Source: Chrysomallon squamiferum
Taxonomy: Eukaryota; Animalia; Mollusca
Direction of reading: 5' to 3'
NCBI GenBank assembly: GCA_012295275.1
Contig: CM022676.1
Span: forward strand, 6,448,001-6,512,000
Length of the DNA stretch: 64,000 nt
Shown: one piece after another, positions 42,101 to 53,998 of the stretch
Layout: every line of letters begins with the position of its first letter
How positions within the stretch are numbered: position 1 is the first letter of the stretch
Position numbers and translations under genes: made by a program
Notes under the pieces: generated by a model
What the model saw: the letters and a program-made list of their open reading frames with translations, nothing else
Told to the model about the DNA's origin: nothing
Database searches by the model: none

Positions 42101-42565
42101 TTATATTTGTATAATGTATACACATGTAAGTAATATTTCAGATTGTTAATATTTTTGAGTCTCTCTCTCTAATTATCTCGCTCTTCTTTTTCTCATTGTT
42201 TTTATCAAGTTCTACCTTGACTTCTCTCCCTTTTCCTCTCTCTCTCTTTCTCTACAGCACTGGAGATACAGAATGGTTTTGAATATTAATTATTAATTTA
42301 AACTTTTATTTCTTATCTGTGGAATGTATTTTAAAATTTATTACTATACACAAATTAAAAAAAAGATTTATTAAAGCTGATCGTGACAATTTTTTTAATG
42401 TTTCTACTTTTTTTTTTTTTTTTTCAAATTACACGAAGACAAATAAAAATACATAACAAAATTTTCTCTTTGCAGATAACAGACGTTCGACTAGTGGATG
42501 ATGACCAGTCGGTCAAGTTCTCTGATGAAGTCATATTCTATGTGGACAAGTACGAGATTGTCTAG
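33144..42565 (+). CDS. ARCN1: Coatomer subunit delta (delta-COP, archain 1), 12 coding exons, 506 aa
   Basis: Manually spliced exons 33144-33146, 33913-33952, 34273-34496, 35975-36154, 36705-36895, 37764-37855, 38032-38104, 39202-39367, 40157-40304, 41018-41126, 41786-41990, 42476-42565 total 1521 nt. All introns are GT..AG with consistent phases. Protein [65 protein letters not shown]...[10 protein letters not shown]...GVLKWRFQ...[20 protein letters not shown]...DKYEIV is the characteristic longin + mu-homology domain delta-COP sequence. Confidence 0.97.
33913..33952 (+). CDS. ARCN1: ARCN1 coding exon 2
   Basis: tttttaag|GTGCTGCTT...GGAAAAG|gtttgt; [13 protein letters not shown]. Confidence 0.93.
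34273..34496 (+). CDS. ARCN1: ARCN1 coding exon 3
   Basis: ttttcag|CCATAATT...AAAGTG|gttagt; [19 protein letters not shown]...LRLFAKV. Confidence 0.96.
34939..35077. mobile_element. Palindromic MITE in ARCN1 intron 3
   Basis: TIRs GGTCATTTCATGTCAAATCACACAA / TTGGGTGATTTGACACGGACTGACCC plus an internal inverted pair TTAAACCTGAC / GTCAGGTTTAA; inserted at a TA-rich site. Confidence 0.7.
35975..36154 (+). CDS. ARCN1: ARCN1 coding exon 4
   Basis: ttttatag|ATTCCG...AGACAG|gtgttt; [10 protein letters not shown]...[39 protein letters not shown]. Confidence 0.96.
36705..36895 (+). CDS. ARCN1: ARCN1 coding exon 5
   Basis: ccttctaag|ACACAAG...GTCAG|gtgagt; [19 protein letters not shown]...GGFGSG... 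Confidence 0.93.
37764..37855 (+). CDS. ARCN1: ARCN1 coding exon 6
   Basis: ccttctag|TAAGCCA...GGAGAAA|gtaaga; [30 protein letters not shown]. Confidence 0.93.
38032..38104 (+). CDS. ARCN1: ARCN1 coding exon 7
   Basis: ttttcag|AAGTTG...GAAAG|gtaaga; linker [23 protein letters not shown]; phases match exons 6 and 8. Confidence 0.9.
38380..39150. repeat. TG-rich minisatellite (about 30-bp unit) in ARCN1 intron 7
   Basis: Recurring tgttatatgtaagtacatctgtttttgtgtg. Confidence 0.93.
39202..39367 (+). CDS. ARCN1: ARCN1 coding exon 8 (start of mu-homology domain)
   Basis: cttgcag|CATTCAC...ATACAG|gtcatt; [32 protein letters not shown]...GIQIQ. Confidence 0.95.
39472..39652 (+). repeat. 78-bp tandem repeat containing a copy of part of ARCN1 exon 8
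   Basis: gacggaggactggagaatatcga (39518-39540) and gatggaggactggagaatattga (39596-39618) versus exon gacggaggcctggagaacatgga (39248-39270). Confidence 0.75.
40157..40304 (+). CDS. ARCN1: ARCN1 coding exon 9
   Basis: ctctttag|ACCCAT...TCCA|gtaagt; [10 protein letters not shown]...[27 protein letters not shown]. Confidence 0.96.
41018..41126 (+). CDS. ARCN1: ARCN1 coding exon 10
   Basis: taaacag|TTAACTGC...TGCCC|gtaagt; [37 protein letters not shown]. Confidence 0.96.
41786..41990 (+). CDS. ARCN1: ARCN1 coding exon 11
   Basis: gtgcag|GTCAGGT...ATACAG|gtatgt; [42 protein letters not shown]...[19 protein letters not shown]. Confidence 0.95.
41991..42110. repeat. 24-bp tandem repeat starting at the exon 11 donor
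   Basis: About 5 copies of gt(g/a)tttgtagtggtt(t/c)ttatgtta. Confidence 0.9.
42476..42565 (+). CDS. ARCN1: ARCN1 coding exon 12 (terminal)
   Basis: ctttgcag|ATAACAG...GTCTAG; [29 protein letters not shown]. Confidence 0.95.
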   Translation: MTDVRLVDDDQSVKFSDEVIFYVDKYEIV

Positions 42566-43929
42566 AACTGACAAAGGCTTAAATTATATATATTTTTTTT
42601 TCTAATTTTTTTTTTCTGCAGCTGTTAAAACTTGTAAAAAAAAAAAAAAAAAAAAAAAAAACATTTATTGTGGGTTCCAGGCTGAAGGAATTATTTGTGG
42701 AAAATATTTGTCACCACTGAATCCAGCGCTGTTACTACTAAGGCCGTCACAAATATTGTTTTGTGGCTCTGCAGAAACTTTATGGCAAAAGTACTGGGTG
42801 TCTGTATGTATGTGAAATTCTCTTGTTCATGTGAAATTATTTGTTAAAGGTGGCCTTTGATTTGTAAAACTGTTGGATTTCTATGGAAAAGTTTTCAGCT
42901 GGTTTATATTCTGTATGCAAGTGTAATTACTTCATACAGTTGCGAAAAAGAAAAAAAAAAATAAAGAAGAAAATCTATTAAATGAACTATAAAGAAATAA
43001 TGACTGATACACAGTACTGTCTGATTACAAACAACACAGTAGGCAGGCTGGTATGTAGCTTTGTTGGCTTAGGGTGTAGTATGAAAGTGTTCTGATTTTA
43101 TAAAGTAAACATGTTGGGCAACATTTCATAGACACTAAGGTATGGTTTAAATGACGTAATACAAGTATAAAGCATTATGGACATACGTTTGTCCTATTTT
43201 ATTGTTCATTGAAGGCATGTAATGAAAAATTTGATTTTTAAATGAATTTTTTTGCGAAATGGACAATTAATGTATTGCCAGCACTAAAATGTGGTTTCAT
43301 AAAATGTACATTGTTGAATGTAGACGTTGATAATGAAATAATGTTAACAGATGTAAAATAGTTCTAATTTATAACATTTTAAAAATTATTTTTCATCTTC
43401 TTTTTTTTTTTTTTTTAGTAATGGTCGGAGGGTTTTTTCTTTATTAAAATATATTAAAGACTATATATATTATTTTTAAAAATCTTCTTTTTTTCTTTTT
43501 TTTTTTTTTAAATTTTTTTTAAACATATTGCTTCAGAACTTGGATAGAAACAAATACATAATCAATAATAATTAATAATAAAAAAAAAAATGTTTCAAGC
43601 AGGTATGTAACAACAAAATCATAAAATTAAATGAAAATAGAAATGCTAGATTCATTTTATGAATCATAATCATTTTGTTCCAACATCTAGACCAGAGAGA
43701 AACATTTTGACATTATCACAAAACATTATCCTGTTAGTGATGTATAAGTACGAAGTTGAACTGGACATTTGCTTACAAAAACAGTGAAGACATCACTTTC
43801 ACTGATGATGGAAAATAATGATAGAAAAGTTGACTGATCTGTATATTTTGCACAAAAGACCTGTCTGAAAAATGTATTTAGTTAAAAAACTGCATTCGAG
43901 TAAAATATATATTTAGACAGACACACATA

Positions 43930-44140
43930 CAAGTTGCGAATCCCGTATCCAAAGTATTTGGGACCAAAAGTGTTCTGAATTTATGAAATATAACAACACA
44001 GTCTAAGTTGTATAATATTTTTAATAATGGTGGGTATTAAATAAAGTCATTATATGCAAAACAATTGAAAACTGTAATATACCACTGTTTCTGCTGCTCA
44101 GCAAATGTTTTGGATTTTGGAATAATGGATTCTCAATCTG
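43930..44140. mobile_element. Tigger/pogo-like MITE downstream of the ARCN1 stop codon
   Basis: TA|CAAGTTGCGAATCCCGTATCCAAA ... TTTTGGAATAATGGATTCTCAATCTG|TA: about 24-bp imperfect TIRs, TA TSD. Confidence 0.7.
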
Positions 44141-45692
44141 TATGTGTTCATTTAGATATGTGTGCACGCACAGACAGACAGACACATACACATTAGTTCA
44201 ATATTAAAGAACTGTTGAGACATTGCAAATTGTACATCTTAGTTTGAGAACTTCTCAAAAGAATTAAAGTCTTGTAAATATACTGCGTTCTTTTAGTCTT
44301 CTAAGAAAACATTTTCTTAATAAGTCAGTTTGTGTTGCCTTCTATGAATGCTTCGACTTCATCAATGCCATCAATAATAAATTATGATAATTAATGTTTT
44401 ATAAAAAATATATTTACAAGCAGTCATGAAAATGAAGATTTCGTCCTTTATCAATGTGATAAGTAATAAATTATGATAATGTGTTTCGAAAATACTACAG
44501 AAACAGTACAGATGTTGATTCTGTATTCTGTTTGAGCCTGTTTGTACCACAGATCTGGATGTTTAGATGGTGGATGTTGGGTCAAACATAATATCCTCAA
44601 AACAGTTCATTCATAAAAGTGGCTTAGGTTGCAATAGGAACCATTCTTTGATAATAATAAAGTATGAGTGTATCAAACTGAAGTGATACCTGGAGGCTTA
44701 CTTTTTTCTCTCATCTTGCAGCACTTTGTATTATCAGCCAATCTTTGCTGATAATAAAGTAAAAAATAAAAATAAAAGGTTGCAAAGATGTGTCATGGTT
44801 CAAGTATAAATGATAATCATTTTATGCTGATTTTATTTTGCATACAGGAAAATAAAAAAAAATATATATATATCCCTGAAGAGAGAATAAATCATCTATG
44901 AGTACTGAGTTATTTTTTTTTTCATTTATACATATACATATATATAGATATATACAAACGTGCACACACACAAAATATAACACATATTTTACATCTCTGT
45001 AATGAACTTGATAAAAAGGAAAGCGTTGGATTCCATGCATTCTCACAAGAGTTTCATATTATTGTTAGGCTTTATTATTAGCAAAGGTTGGGCAGTCAGA
45101 TGAAATAAAGCTGACTCTTGGGGAAGGAGACAAAATACACCTTACTGTTAAAATTACCAGTCTCGGAAAAAAAAGAAATGTGGAGATTTGGCAAGAAAGA
45201 AAGAAAATGAGTATGACAGTGTATTTAAGCTTTTTGATGTGTTATCACCATCTACAAAGGCCCAGTTAAAATGATAATATTTTCTATATTATTAAAACAG
45301 AATCATTTCACAGATCACTTGAATACATATATATATGCAGACTTGCACAGTTGAGGTCAATTTTAATCTTGTGGATGACTGATGCATTTAAAATATAGAT
45401 GTCCAGAAAGATAAAAAAAGGAAAAGAAAAAAAGAAAAAACAAAAAATTAACATCAAAGATTCAGACTAGGACAAGAAATGTCAATTGTTATTTATTCCA
45501 TTAGTGTTTTGGATTAAACTAAATATAAACACATCTTGAATAGGTGATGTCTATTAAAAAATTAATTTTTAAATTATTTGATATCGGATTTCATTTTTAG
45601 TTTTTAATACATATCTTTTTTTTAATCATTTTTTTTTTTTTAGATGATTATTATTATTATTTTAAGAGTGAAAAAGATTTTGTTAATGTTTT

Positions 45693-45723
<31 letters not shown>

Positions 45724-46349
45724 CATTTCAAAAAATATTAAAAAAGCATCAAAAGATAAAATGTTGTAGGTGCTTAGAATGGCTATTTAGAAAAAATTAC
45801 ATTTTATATATTTAATACTAACCTGTAGAAAAGAAATCAGAAATACATTGAACTGTTACAAAATGTCTGTGTTGTGTTTAAATCAGAAATATATCAGACT
45901 GTTTAAACTATTGTAAGCATATCAAGTAGTTTCATCTATGCTTAATCTAAAGTTTTATAAGGCTTCATAGCTGGTTTGATATTAACTGATAGAAACTGGA
46001 TAAATATTAAGTTTATTAATCTATTGTACCCATAATTTAAAAAGTCATAAATTGATGTCTCATGGCTAAAGAAATAATTTTCATCAAAAGACTAAATTGA
46101 TGATTTTATTTCAGTGCAAGTAGGTTATATTGAATTGAAATTTAAAAAAAAAAAAATTAAAATGAAGTATACAGAAGTCTTTAGTACTTCACACCAGTGT
46201 TGTGTTTTAGCTAGAAACACTACACATTTTGAATTTTCATGAACGACTAAATCGATGCTTCTGTGATTAGATTTCAGTTGGTTGAAATTCGATACCTTCG
46301 TTTAAAAAAAAAAAAAGTGTACAGCAATCATGCTTCGTAACACCTGAGA

Positions 46350-47280
46350 CCTCATATTCATTGTTAGTTGTAGACGAGAAATAAAGAAATTAATTAATCT
46401 TCCATTTTGTATCAGCGTTTTCTTTAACCACTGGAAACAGAATACTGAATTCTCATGCTTAATATATTTCTGTGTAAGACGAGAACTTTGTGTGAAGGTT
46501 TGGAGTTCGTTGTTAATTGTAGACAAGAAATAAGAAATATTTATTATAATTTTCATTTTATATCAATATTTTCTTTAAACACTGGAAACAGATATACTGA
46601 ATTCTTGTTGTTAATTATATTTCTGTTTATAAGTGAACTTTGAACATTCTGTGAAGATTCACAGTATGTTAATTAGCAAAAAAAAAAAAAAAAAAAAAGA
46701 AATAGGAAATTTATTAAACTATTATATTAACCCATTGTTGTGTTAAAAATAGAAAAATGTTAAAAGATGAATTCTCACTTCAAATATACTACTTACATCC
46801 AAGCCTATTTTGAACTTTCTCTGGAACTTTGGAGTTTGTTAGTTTGTAGAAGAAAGAAATAAGAATTTTATTAAACATTTATTTTATATCAATATTTAAA
46901 CACTAGAAACAACCTATTGAATTTTTATCTAAGTTTTCTTCGAAACATTCTGTGAATTTTCAGAGATTTTTTATTTGAGAAAAAAGAAATTAGAAGTTTA
47001 TTAAACTATTACATTACTCTAGTGTTATGTTTAAATTAGAAACCTTTTACAAGTTGATTCTTGTGCATAAATATATAATGTTTGCATCTGAGCCTTCTTG
47101 GAACATTCTGTGGCCCCAGAGTTCATTGTGAAAAAAAATGAGAAATGTATTAAACTTTTATATTATACAAGAGTTGTATTTTAATTAGAAAAATTGTACA
47201 AAATGAATTTGAATGCCTAAATGTAATATTTATGTCTAAATTTATTTTTAACATTCTTTGAATCTTTTGGAGTACGTTGA
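46350..47280. repeat. Old, highly diverged tandem repeat (about 130-150 bp)
   Basis: Recurring aagaaataagaaatttattaaac, aacactggaaacaga and gaacattctgtgaa blocks. Confidence 0.65.
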
Positions 47281-47428
47281 TAATACCAGCATTTTTTTTT
47301 TTTATAGAGTATAGAAAAAGACAGACATCATTTAACTTTTTCTTTCAGTTCTGTCAAAAATTTCCATTGGAATTTTCCAGTTTTTATAGGTCCCTGATAT
47401 TTTGTAAAAATTTTAATTTATCCTGAAA

Positions 47429-47462
<34 letters not shown>

Positions 47463-47661
47463 AAGAGACTGTAGAATATTTAAAGTATTTTTAGAATGTT
47501 TGTGAAATGGAGAGTAGAAAAATATTTCAAATAAATTGTTAGTGATGCAAATGATGTTTGTAAAATGTGATTGAAATTTAAATATATTTTTTTGGATAAT
47601 ACCAAGTGAATGTTGAAAATGCACGATGTTTCTTCATTTTTAACAGTGATGTTAACACACA

Positions 47662-47698
<37 letters not shown>

Positions 47699-47920
47699 AT
47701 TTAAAACAGCACATATGGATATGATTAGTTAACCATTTGAAACCCAGAAGAGAATTATTTCACTTAAAGTGTTAAAACACATTTCAGTGTCACCTGTTTA
47801 TATCATTTTTATAATTTGTGTTATTTAAATTTATATTTCTGCTGACAAATCAAGTTCTGTGTATTGTTATATATTTGATTATACAACTTGATATCTACTG
47901 TGAAGTGTTTGGGGTCCAAA

Positions 47921-47990
47921 TGTATATACATGTATATAAGTGTATACATTAAATAAATAATTACTTATGTTTTGACTTCATTTTTCTTTT
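47921..47990 (+). terminator. Candidate distal polyadenylation site (ARCN1 long 3'UTR)
   Basis: Three TGTA elements (47921, 47931, 47941), overlapping ATTAAA/AATAAA (47948-47957), downstream T-rich tract; CpG depletion ends shortly afterwards. Confidence 0.45.
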
Positions 47991-48281
47991 CAAAATTTTG
48001 TTTATTTTATCATAATTTTTTTAATAACAGTCTATATTTAATAAATTTAGTAATCTTAGTAACGAAAATTTGATTTTTTTCTTGTATTGTTTTTTTTTTT
48101 TTTAAATGAGAATGGTTTCTTTTGGGCTAAATTAAATGAGAAAAGAAGAAGAAAAAATAATAATAAAATAAAACAATATTTAAAAAAAAGAAAAACGTTA
48201 TAGTCCTTTACATTAAATTGGTTTTAAGAATAATGAACATAATGTTTAATAGTGAAATTAATTTTTTCCCAATTTTTAAAC

Positions 48282-48329
<48 letters not shown>

Positions 48330-49330
48330 GAATAACAATAATAATAATAAAACAAAAAAAAAAAATTAAAAATTCTACTACTACTATTAATATTAATAAA
48401 ATAAAAATCTAATAAATAAAGTAAAAAATTAAAAAATGTTTATAAATATTATAAACATTAAAAAGAATGCACTGAAATAGACATCAGATATCTAACAAAC
48501 AACAAAAAAAAACAACAACCACAAAACAAACAAAACAAAAAAAAAAAGCCTTTCAAAATTACCAGTAATTAATCTCTCAGTACAAGCCATAATTCACAGA
48601 CGACTATTAAATCTTTGATTAAACTTGTCTTTCTTTAGCTAATATTTCTCAGAACAGTTAAAAAAAAAAAAATAAAAAATAAAAAAATAAAAAAATCCAT
48701 AATCTTTCATAACGTTTATATTGACATGAACAAAACTGTACTTCACTGTATTCTATATTAAATTAAAATGCGAGTAATGAAAAAAGAAGAAGAAGAAAAA
48801 AAAAAAAATTATAAAAAACTGATCATGAAGAAGAAGAAGAAGAAATTACAAAGAATTTCAAATGACCTAATTCCAGCGTCATTGTCAAAAAATGTCGAAT
48901 TAATTAGGAACGGTCTTGAACTTTGTGATTCCATACATACGTTGGCAACAACGTCATCAACAACATGAACAATAGCACCAACAACATCAGTAATAACAGC
49001 GGCAACAACAACAGCTAGTAGCACCAACGACATTTAATTAAAAAAAATAATATAAATGACGATGATAATAACACTAATAACAACAGCAATAATAACAACA
49101 ACAACAACATCATCATCATCTTAAAATAGTTACAGTAATAATAACAATATAAATGATGATGTGTTAATGATAATATGAATAACAATAATAACTACAGCAA
49201 CATCTACAACAACTACAACGTTAATCATAATAACAATAATAAAAACAACAATAGAAATAACTGCAATCACAACAAAATAAATGATGATGAAAATACGAAT
49301 ATTAAAAACAATAATAATAATAATAATAAT

Positions 49331-49364
<34 letters not shown>

Positions 49365-49691
49365 GAAATTTCCTCTATGTGGATTTTAAATATGTTCTGA
49401 AAATAAAAAAAAATTGTAAATCATTATTAATACTATAAGGCTTCGTCTTAAACCTTTTGTCACTTTATTTTTTATTATTTCATTCACTGGTTTCAAAACA
49501 GTATCGTTTAAATTTTCTTTCTGATTATCATTAATTAATTAATGGTTTATGGTTAATGAATAACCAAAGAGGAAGAAAAGAAAAGAAAGAAGAAGAAAAA
49601 AAAAAGATAAAAGGAAATCTACAGCTATTAAGTTAAATACCAACCAATCGTAACATTTAAAAGTACATTCATAAGTAATTGCGATATGGAC

Positions 49692-49694
<3 letters not shown>

Positions 49695-49764
<70 letters not shown>

Positions 49765-49943
49765 AACGATTATTGTTTGTGTGTGTGTGTGTGTTATATA
49801 TATTATATTTATATTTTACAGCGATTATTTTTAGGCTTTGTTTTTTTTTATTATTATTATTATTATTGTTTTATATATTATTATTATTATTGTTATTGTT
49901 GTTGTTATTGTTATTCTTCTTATTATTACTATTATTATTATTG

Positions 49944-49995
<52 letters not shown>

Positions 49996-50035
49996 AATTA
50001 TTATCATCACACACACATGCACGCACGCACACACA
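49695..50035. repeat. Compound microsatellite (CT)n(AT)n(GT)n(TTA/TTG)n
   Basis: Direct inspection. Confidence 0.92.
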
Positions 50036-50363
50036 TTTACCCACACATAAACGTAGCCACTTTTGAAACCGGCCATTTTCCTATATATAACATTTATCCT
50101 TTCTATTTTTAGTACAGAACCTGGAACCAGATCTATATGATCATTTACTTGTAATTAGTCTCTTAAAAGATAAGACGTTATATGAGACCATCCTGTATCA
50201 GCCAATCATGTTAGACTGGGAATAAAAAAACATTCGGTGGTGCATCTCGTAATTGCTGCCATAGATTAGAAAGAATACAAAGAAATATATATATGTATAT
50301 TAGAAAGCTAAATGCTAAATCAATTCTAAATTAATTTTGGGAAGTTATAGTCAGACATCAAAC

Positions 50364-50895
50364 GTAAAATTCAAAATTCAGGAATTGATATTAAGGGATT
50401 ATTTACAGGAAAAAATTCATGAAAAATAAAATTCAGTAGACTGAGTTAAAGAAGAAAAGAAAAAAGAAGGAGACTTCACGTGAAATTCAAAATTCAGGAA
50501 TTGAGATTAACATTTACAGGTAAAATTCAATATTCAGGAATTGATATTAACATTTACAGGTAAAATTCAAAATTCAGGGAATTGATATTAACATTTACAG
50601 GTAAAATTCAAAATTCAGGAATTGATATTAACATTTACAGGTAAAATTCAAAATTCAGGAATTGATATTAACATTTGAGGAATTCAGTTTCATTGATCAA
50701 ACATTTACAGTTAAAATTGAAATTGGTTCTTATTTAACGGGCAGGTAAAATTCTGTTTATTAAATTTGGTTAAAACAAAATTCTGTATTTATTAACATTT
50801 TGGGTAAAAAAATCAAATTGAAAGGATTAACATCAAAATTCAATATTCAGGAAATATTAAAATTTCGATGGTTCAAAATTCAGGAATTGATAGTA
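50364..50895. repeat. 40-bp tandem repeat
   Basis: gtaaaattcaaaattcaggaattgatattaacatttacag; about 5 near-perfect copies at 50481-50680 plus degenerate flanking copies. Confidence 0.92.
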
Positions 50896-51558
50896 TTCGA
50901 GGAACCCAGTTTTAAAATATTTCTGTTGAAAATGGTTGTGAATTACGGATAGGTTCTGTTTATAAAATATTCACACCATTCTGAGATAACGGAAAAGAAT
51001 TATTTTATAAAAATCAAAAAATGTCATTACGACATAGATAACAATATTAAATCACAGAAAAATCGAAAAAAAAAAAAAAAAAAAAATAAATAAATAAATA
51101 ATTAAAATATTTCGCTCTGTGAAAGAAGAAGAAGAATAAAAAAAATTGAAAGAAATTTGAAAAGGATCAAAGGAAAACGAAATAAACATCAAAATGCAGG
51201 TTCTAATCGAGCATTAACTTTTCGTTCAGTGAATAAAACAAAGATAACGGACGTGATGTCATTATTTGCATTTATTTAGAGCTTGGTTCAACTTATATCT
51301 GGTATTAAACTACGTATTGTTTTCTTTGATCTTTAACAATAGTGTTACTATTCTGTCGCGTTAAAATTGTTGTTAATTAATTAATTAAATATTATTATTA
51401 TTATTATTATTATTATTATCATCATCATCATCATCATCAACATTACGTAATGTAATAATTATTAAAATTATTGTTAGTTATTATTATCATTAATATTATC
51501 ATCATCATCAACATTACGTAATGTAATAATTATTAAAATTATTGTTAGTTATTATTAT

Positions 51559-51593
<35 letters not shown>

Positions 51594-51690
51594 CATCATC
51601 ATCATCATAATCAGCATCGTCATTACGTATCATAATACTTAATATTATTAAAGGCTATTGTTGTTGATATTATTAGTATTATTATTACTG

Positions 51691-51732
<42 letters not shown>

Positions 51733-52069
51733 GTTGTTAATAGCGTTTTTCAAGTGAAATTCAAAGACAATATTTAGATGTTTGTACACGGATTTATTCA
51801 TCGACATATGTGTTATTTTGTTCCATAAATCTTTCTCCATCTTTGAAACAGCTTCATTGTTCCATCCTAACAGAACCTTGCATCATTCTGAACGGATATA
51901 AATGTGTTTTTTTTTTTTTTTTTTTTTTATAGACTTCCAGTAAATCATTTGAGATTTGTGGAACAAAATCACGTGCTCAAACGCCATCGATTGAAAAACC
52001 GTACGCACATTTGTTCCAACACAGTATCATCACTATCATCATCACATCATCACATCATCATCATCATCA

Positions 52070-52113
<44 letters not shown>

Positions 52114-52218
52114 TCAATTAGTTTAACATAAAATACATATAAATTTATTCTCGATTACAGAATTTATGAAGCTAATAACAAAAAAAAAAAAAAAAAAACC
52201 CAGGAAAAACTAAAGAAA

Positions 52219-53351
52219 ATGATTAACATAAGTTCTGACGGATCGCAGTATTCGGATTCGAACCTGAGACTTTTTCAAATCGTTCTCATCGTTTTAAAGC
52301 TTATTTTAGTTCTCATCATCATGGGAGGTAACTCTTTGACTATCGCTGCAATCTATCGTTTCCGGCGTCTGAGGATTCCTAGCAACGTCATGATTGGCGC
52401 AGTCGCAGTCACCGAGCTTCTGGGCAGTGTTTTGTCGACAACTCTGCTACTTCTGAGATCAAACATTCCCAGTTACTTCGAAGACAGGACGTCGTGTTTG
52501 GCGTTTATGTTCACGACAAAAACGATAGCTCTTAACAAAGTGGTTTTTCAGTCGCTGTTATCTCTCGAACGATTCTACGCTATTACAGTTCCCTTTTCAC
52601 TACCATTCCAAAGCATCGGTGAAAACGAACATAATTGCTAGCGTAGTAATATTTATCGGAACTATTTGCCTCTGCATTCCCTTCGTAGCCGGCACAGACT
52701 CGTGGAGAGAAGAAAGTAAATGCTATTCCCCGACTCTTTTCGATGGTGTTTATACAAGAATTTTCATCACTCTGTTAATTTGTGTTTTGTTAGCAGAACT
52801 CGTCGCTTTTGTTCGCGTTGTGGTTGCCGAGTTAAAATTCAGACAACGAGATAAAAAAAAACGAAACGTCAGACACGGAGAAAATGTCGTCTGCTCAATC
52901 CACCATGATGATCCTAGCCTATTCCGTTTCCACGTGTCTTTACTTGCCTCATATAATCTGCTGTTTGTTAGGAACCATCACGCAAAAACCTTCAGATCCT
53001 GTTATTCTTGGTATAATGCAGGTCCCGGACTTGCTGAATTCGGCAGTTAACTGTTTTATTTACGGCTGGAAAAATAAAAAATTCCGATATGCTTACTTAC
53101 ATGCGATTACTAAAGATAAGAAGTTCACGAATAGACGCACATGTGCAAGAAATGGACTGAGTAGACTTTTTCCACCATTGAAGCTCAAACGTTCTTTTGA
53201 AACTCTTGAAGTATATCTCAGTAAATGGTCATTATTTATTTATTTATTTTATTTTATTTATTATTATTATTATTATTATTTTATTTTAATTTATTTATTT
53301 ATTTATTATTATTACTTTTTTAAAAACGGCGAGGTTTTGTTTTCTTTGTGA
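52219..53351 (+). pseudogene. Intronless rhodopsin-class (class A) GPCR with two +1 homopolymer frameshifts (pseudogene or assembly error)
   Basis: Three overlapping ORFs join into one 7TM receptor: TM1 IIMGGNSLTI, TM2 AVAVTELL, TM3 C...SLERFYAITVPF(HYHS), TM6 CLYLP, TM7 LNSAVNCFIYGWKNKKFR. Removing one T at 52594-52597 and one A at 52853-52861 restores a 376-aa frame. Confidence 0.8.
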
Positions 53352-53703
53352 AGAAAAATTCATAACAGACTGAGGATACGGCAACATAATATTATTATTA
53401 TTATTGTTATTATTATTATTATTATACCATAGCACCTTTTCCATGCTAACTAAGACGAAGCGCGCTTTACCGCGTAAAACTACAAAAATATAAAAAGACA
53501 TGGACATAAACACATTATAATAAATATAAGCATAATGGTGAAAATGTTAAAATGGTAAAAATAAATGAATCACATTTAAAAATCAAGATAATTAATAAAT
53601 ATATTTAAACTTTAAAATTAAAAATAAAATATCACTCATAAACGAGATCAAAATTTCTTTGTGTGTATATATATGTAAGAATGTTTGTATGTATTTTGTG
53701 TTT

Positions 53704-53760
<57 letters not shown>

Positions 53761-53958
53761 TGTGTGTGTGTGTGCGCGCGTGCGTGCAGTAAAATACTGA
53801 GGTTTGGTGATGCTTGGGGCCAAGTTGATTATCATTATAGTCCCAAGAATCGAGTGTATGGCTAGTACTGATAAATGTGAGATACATTTATTAAGTGATA
53901 AGATAAACTTTTTTATGGAAATTAAATATAGATCGCCACAACAATTAAGTTACCCCTC

Positions 53959-53998
<40 letters not shown>

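Noticed and set aside
49175-50112. ORFs with poly-N/L/Y/I tracts (also 54934-56401, 29003-30252, 4066-4515)
   Set aside because: Translations of trinucleotide and dinucleotide microsatellites, open on several frames and strands; no coding signature.
50481-50680. Regular 40-bp repeats as a CRISPR array
   Set aside because: Head-to-tail units with no unique spacers, no cas genes, and a eukaryotic context.
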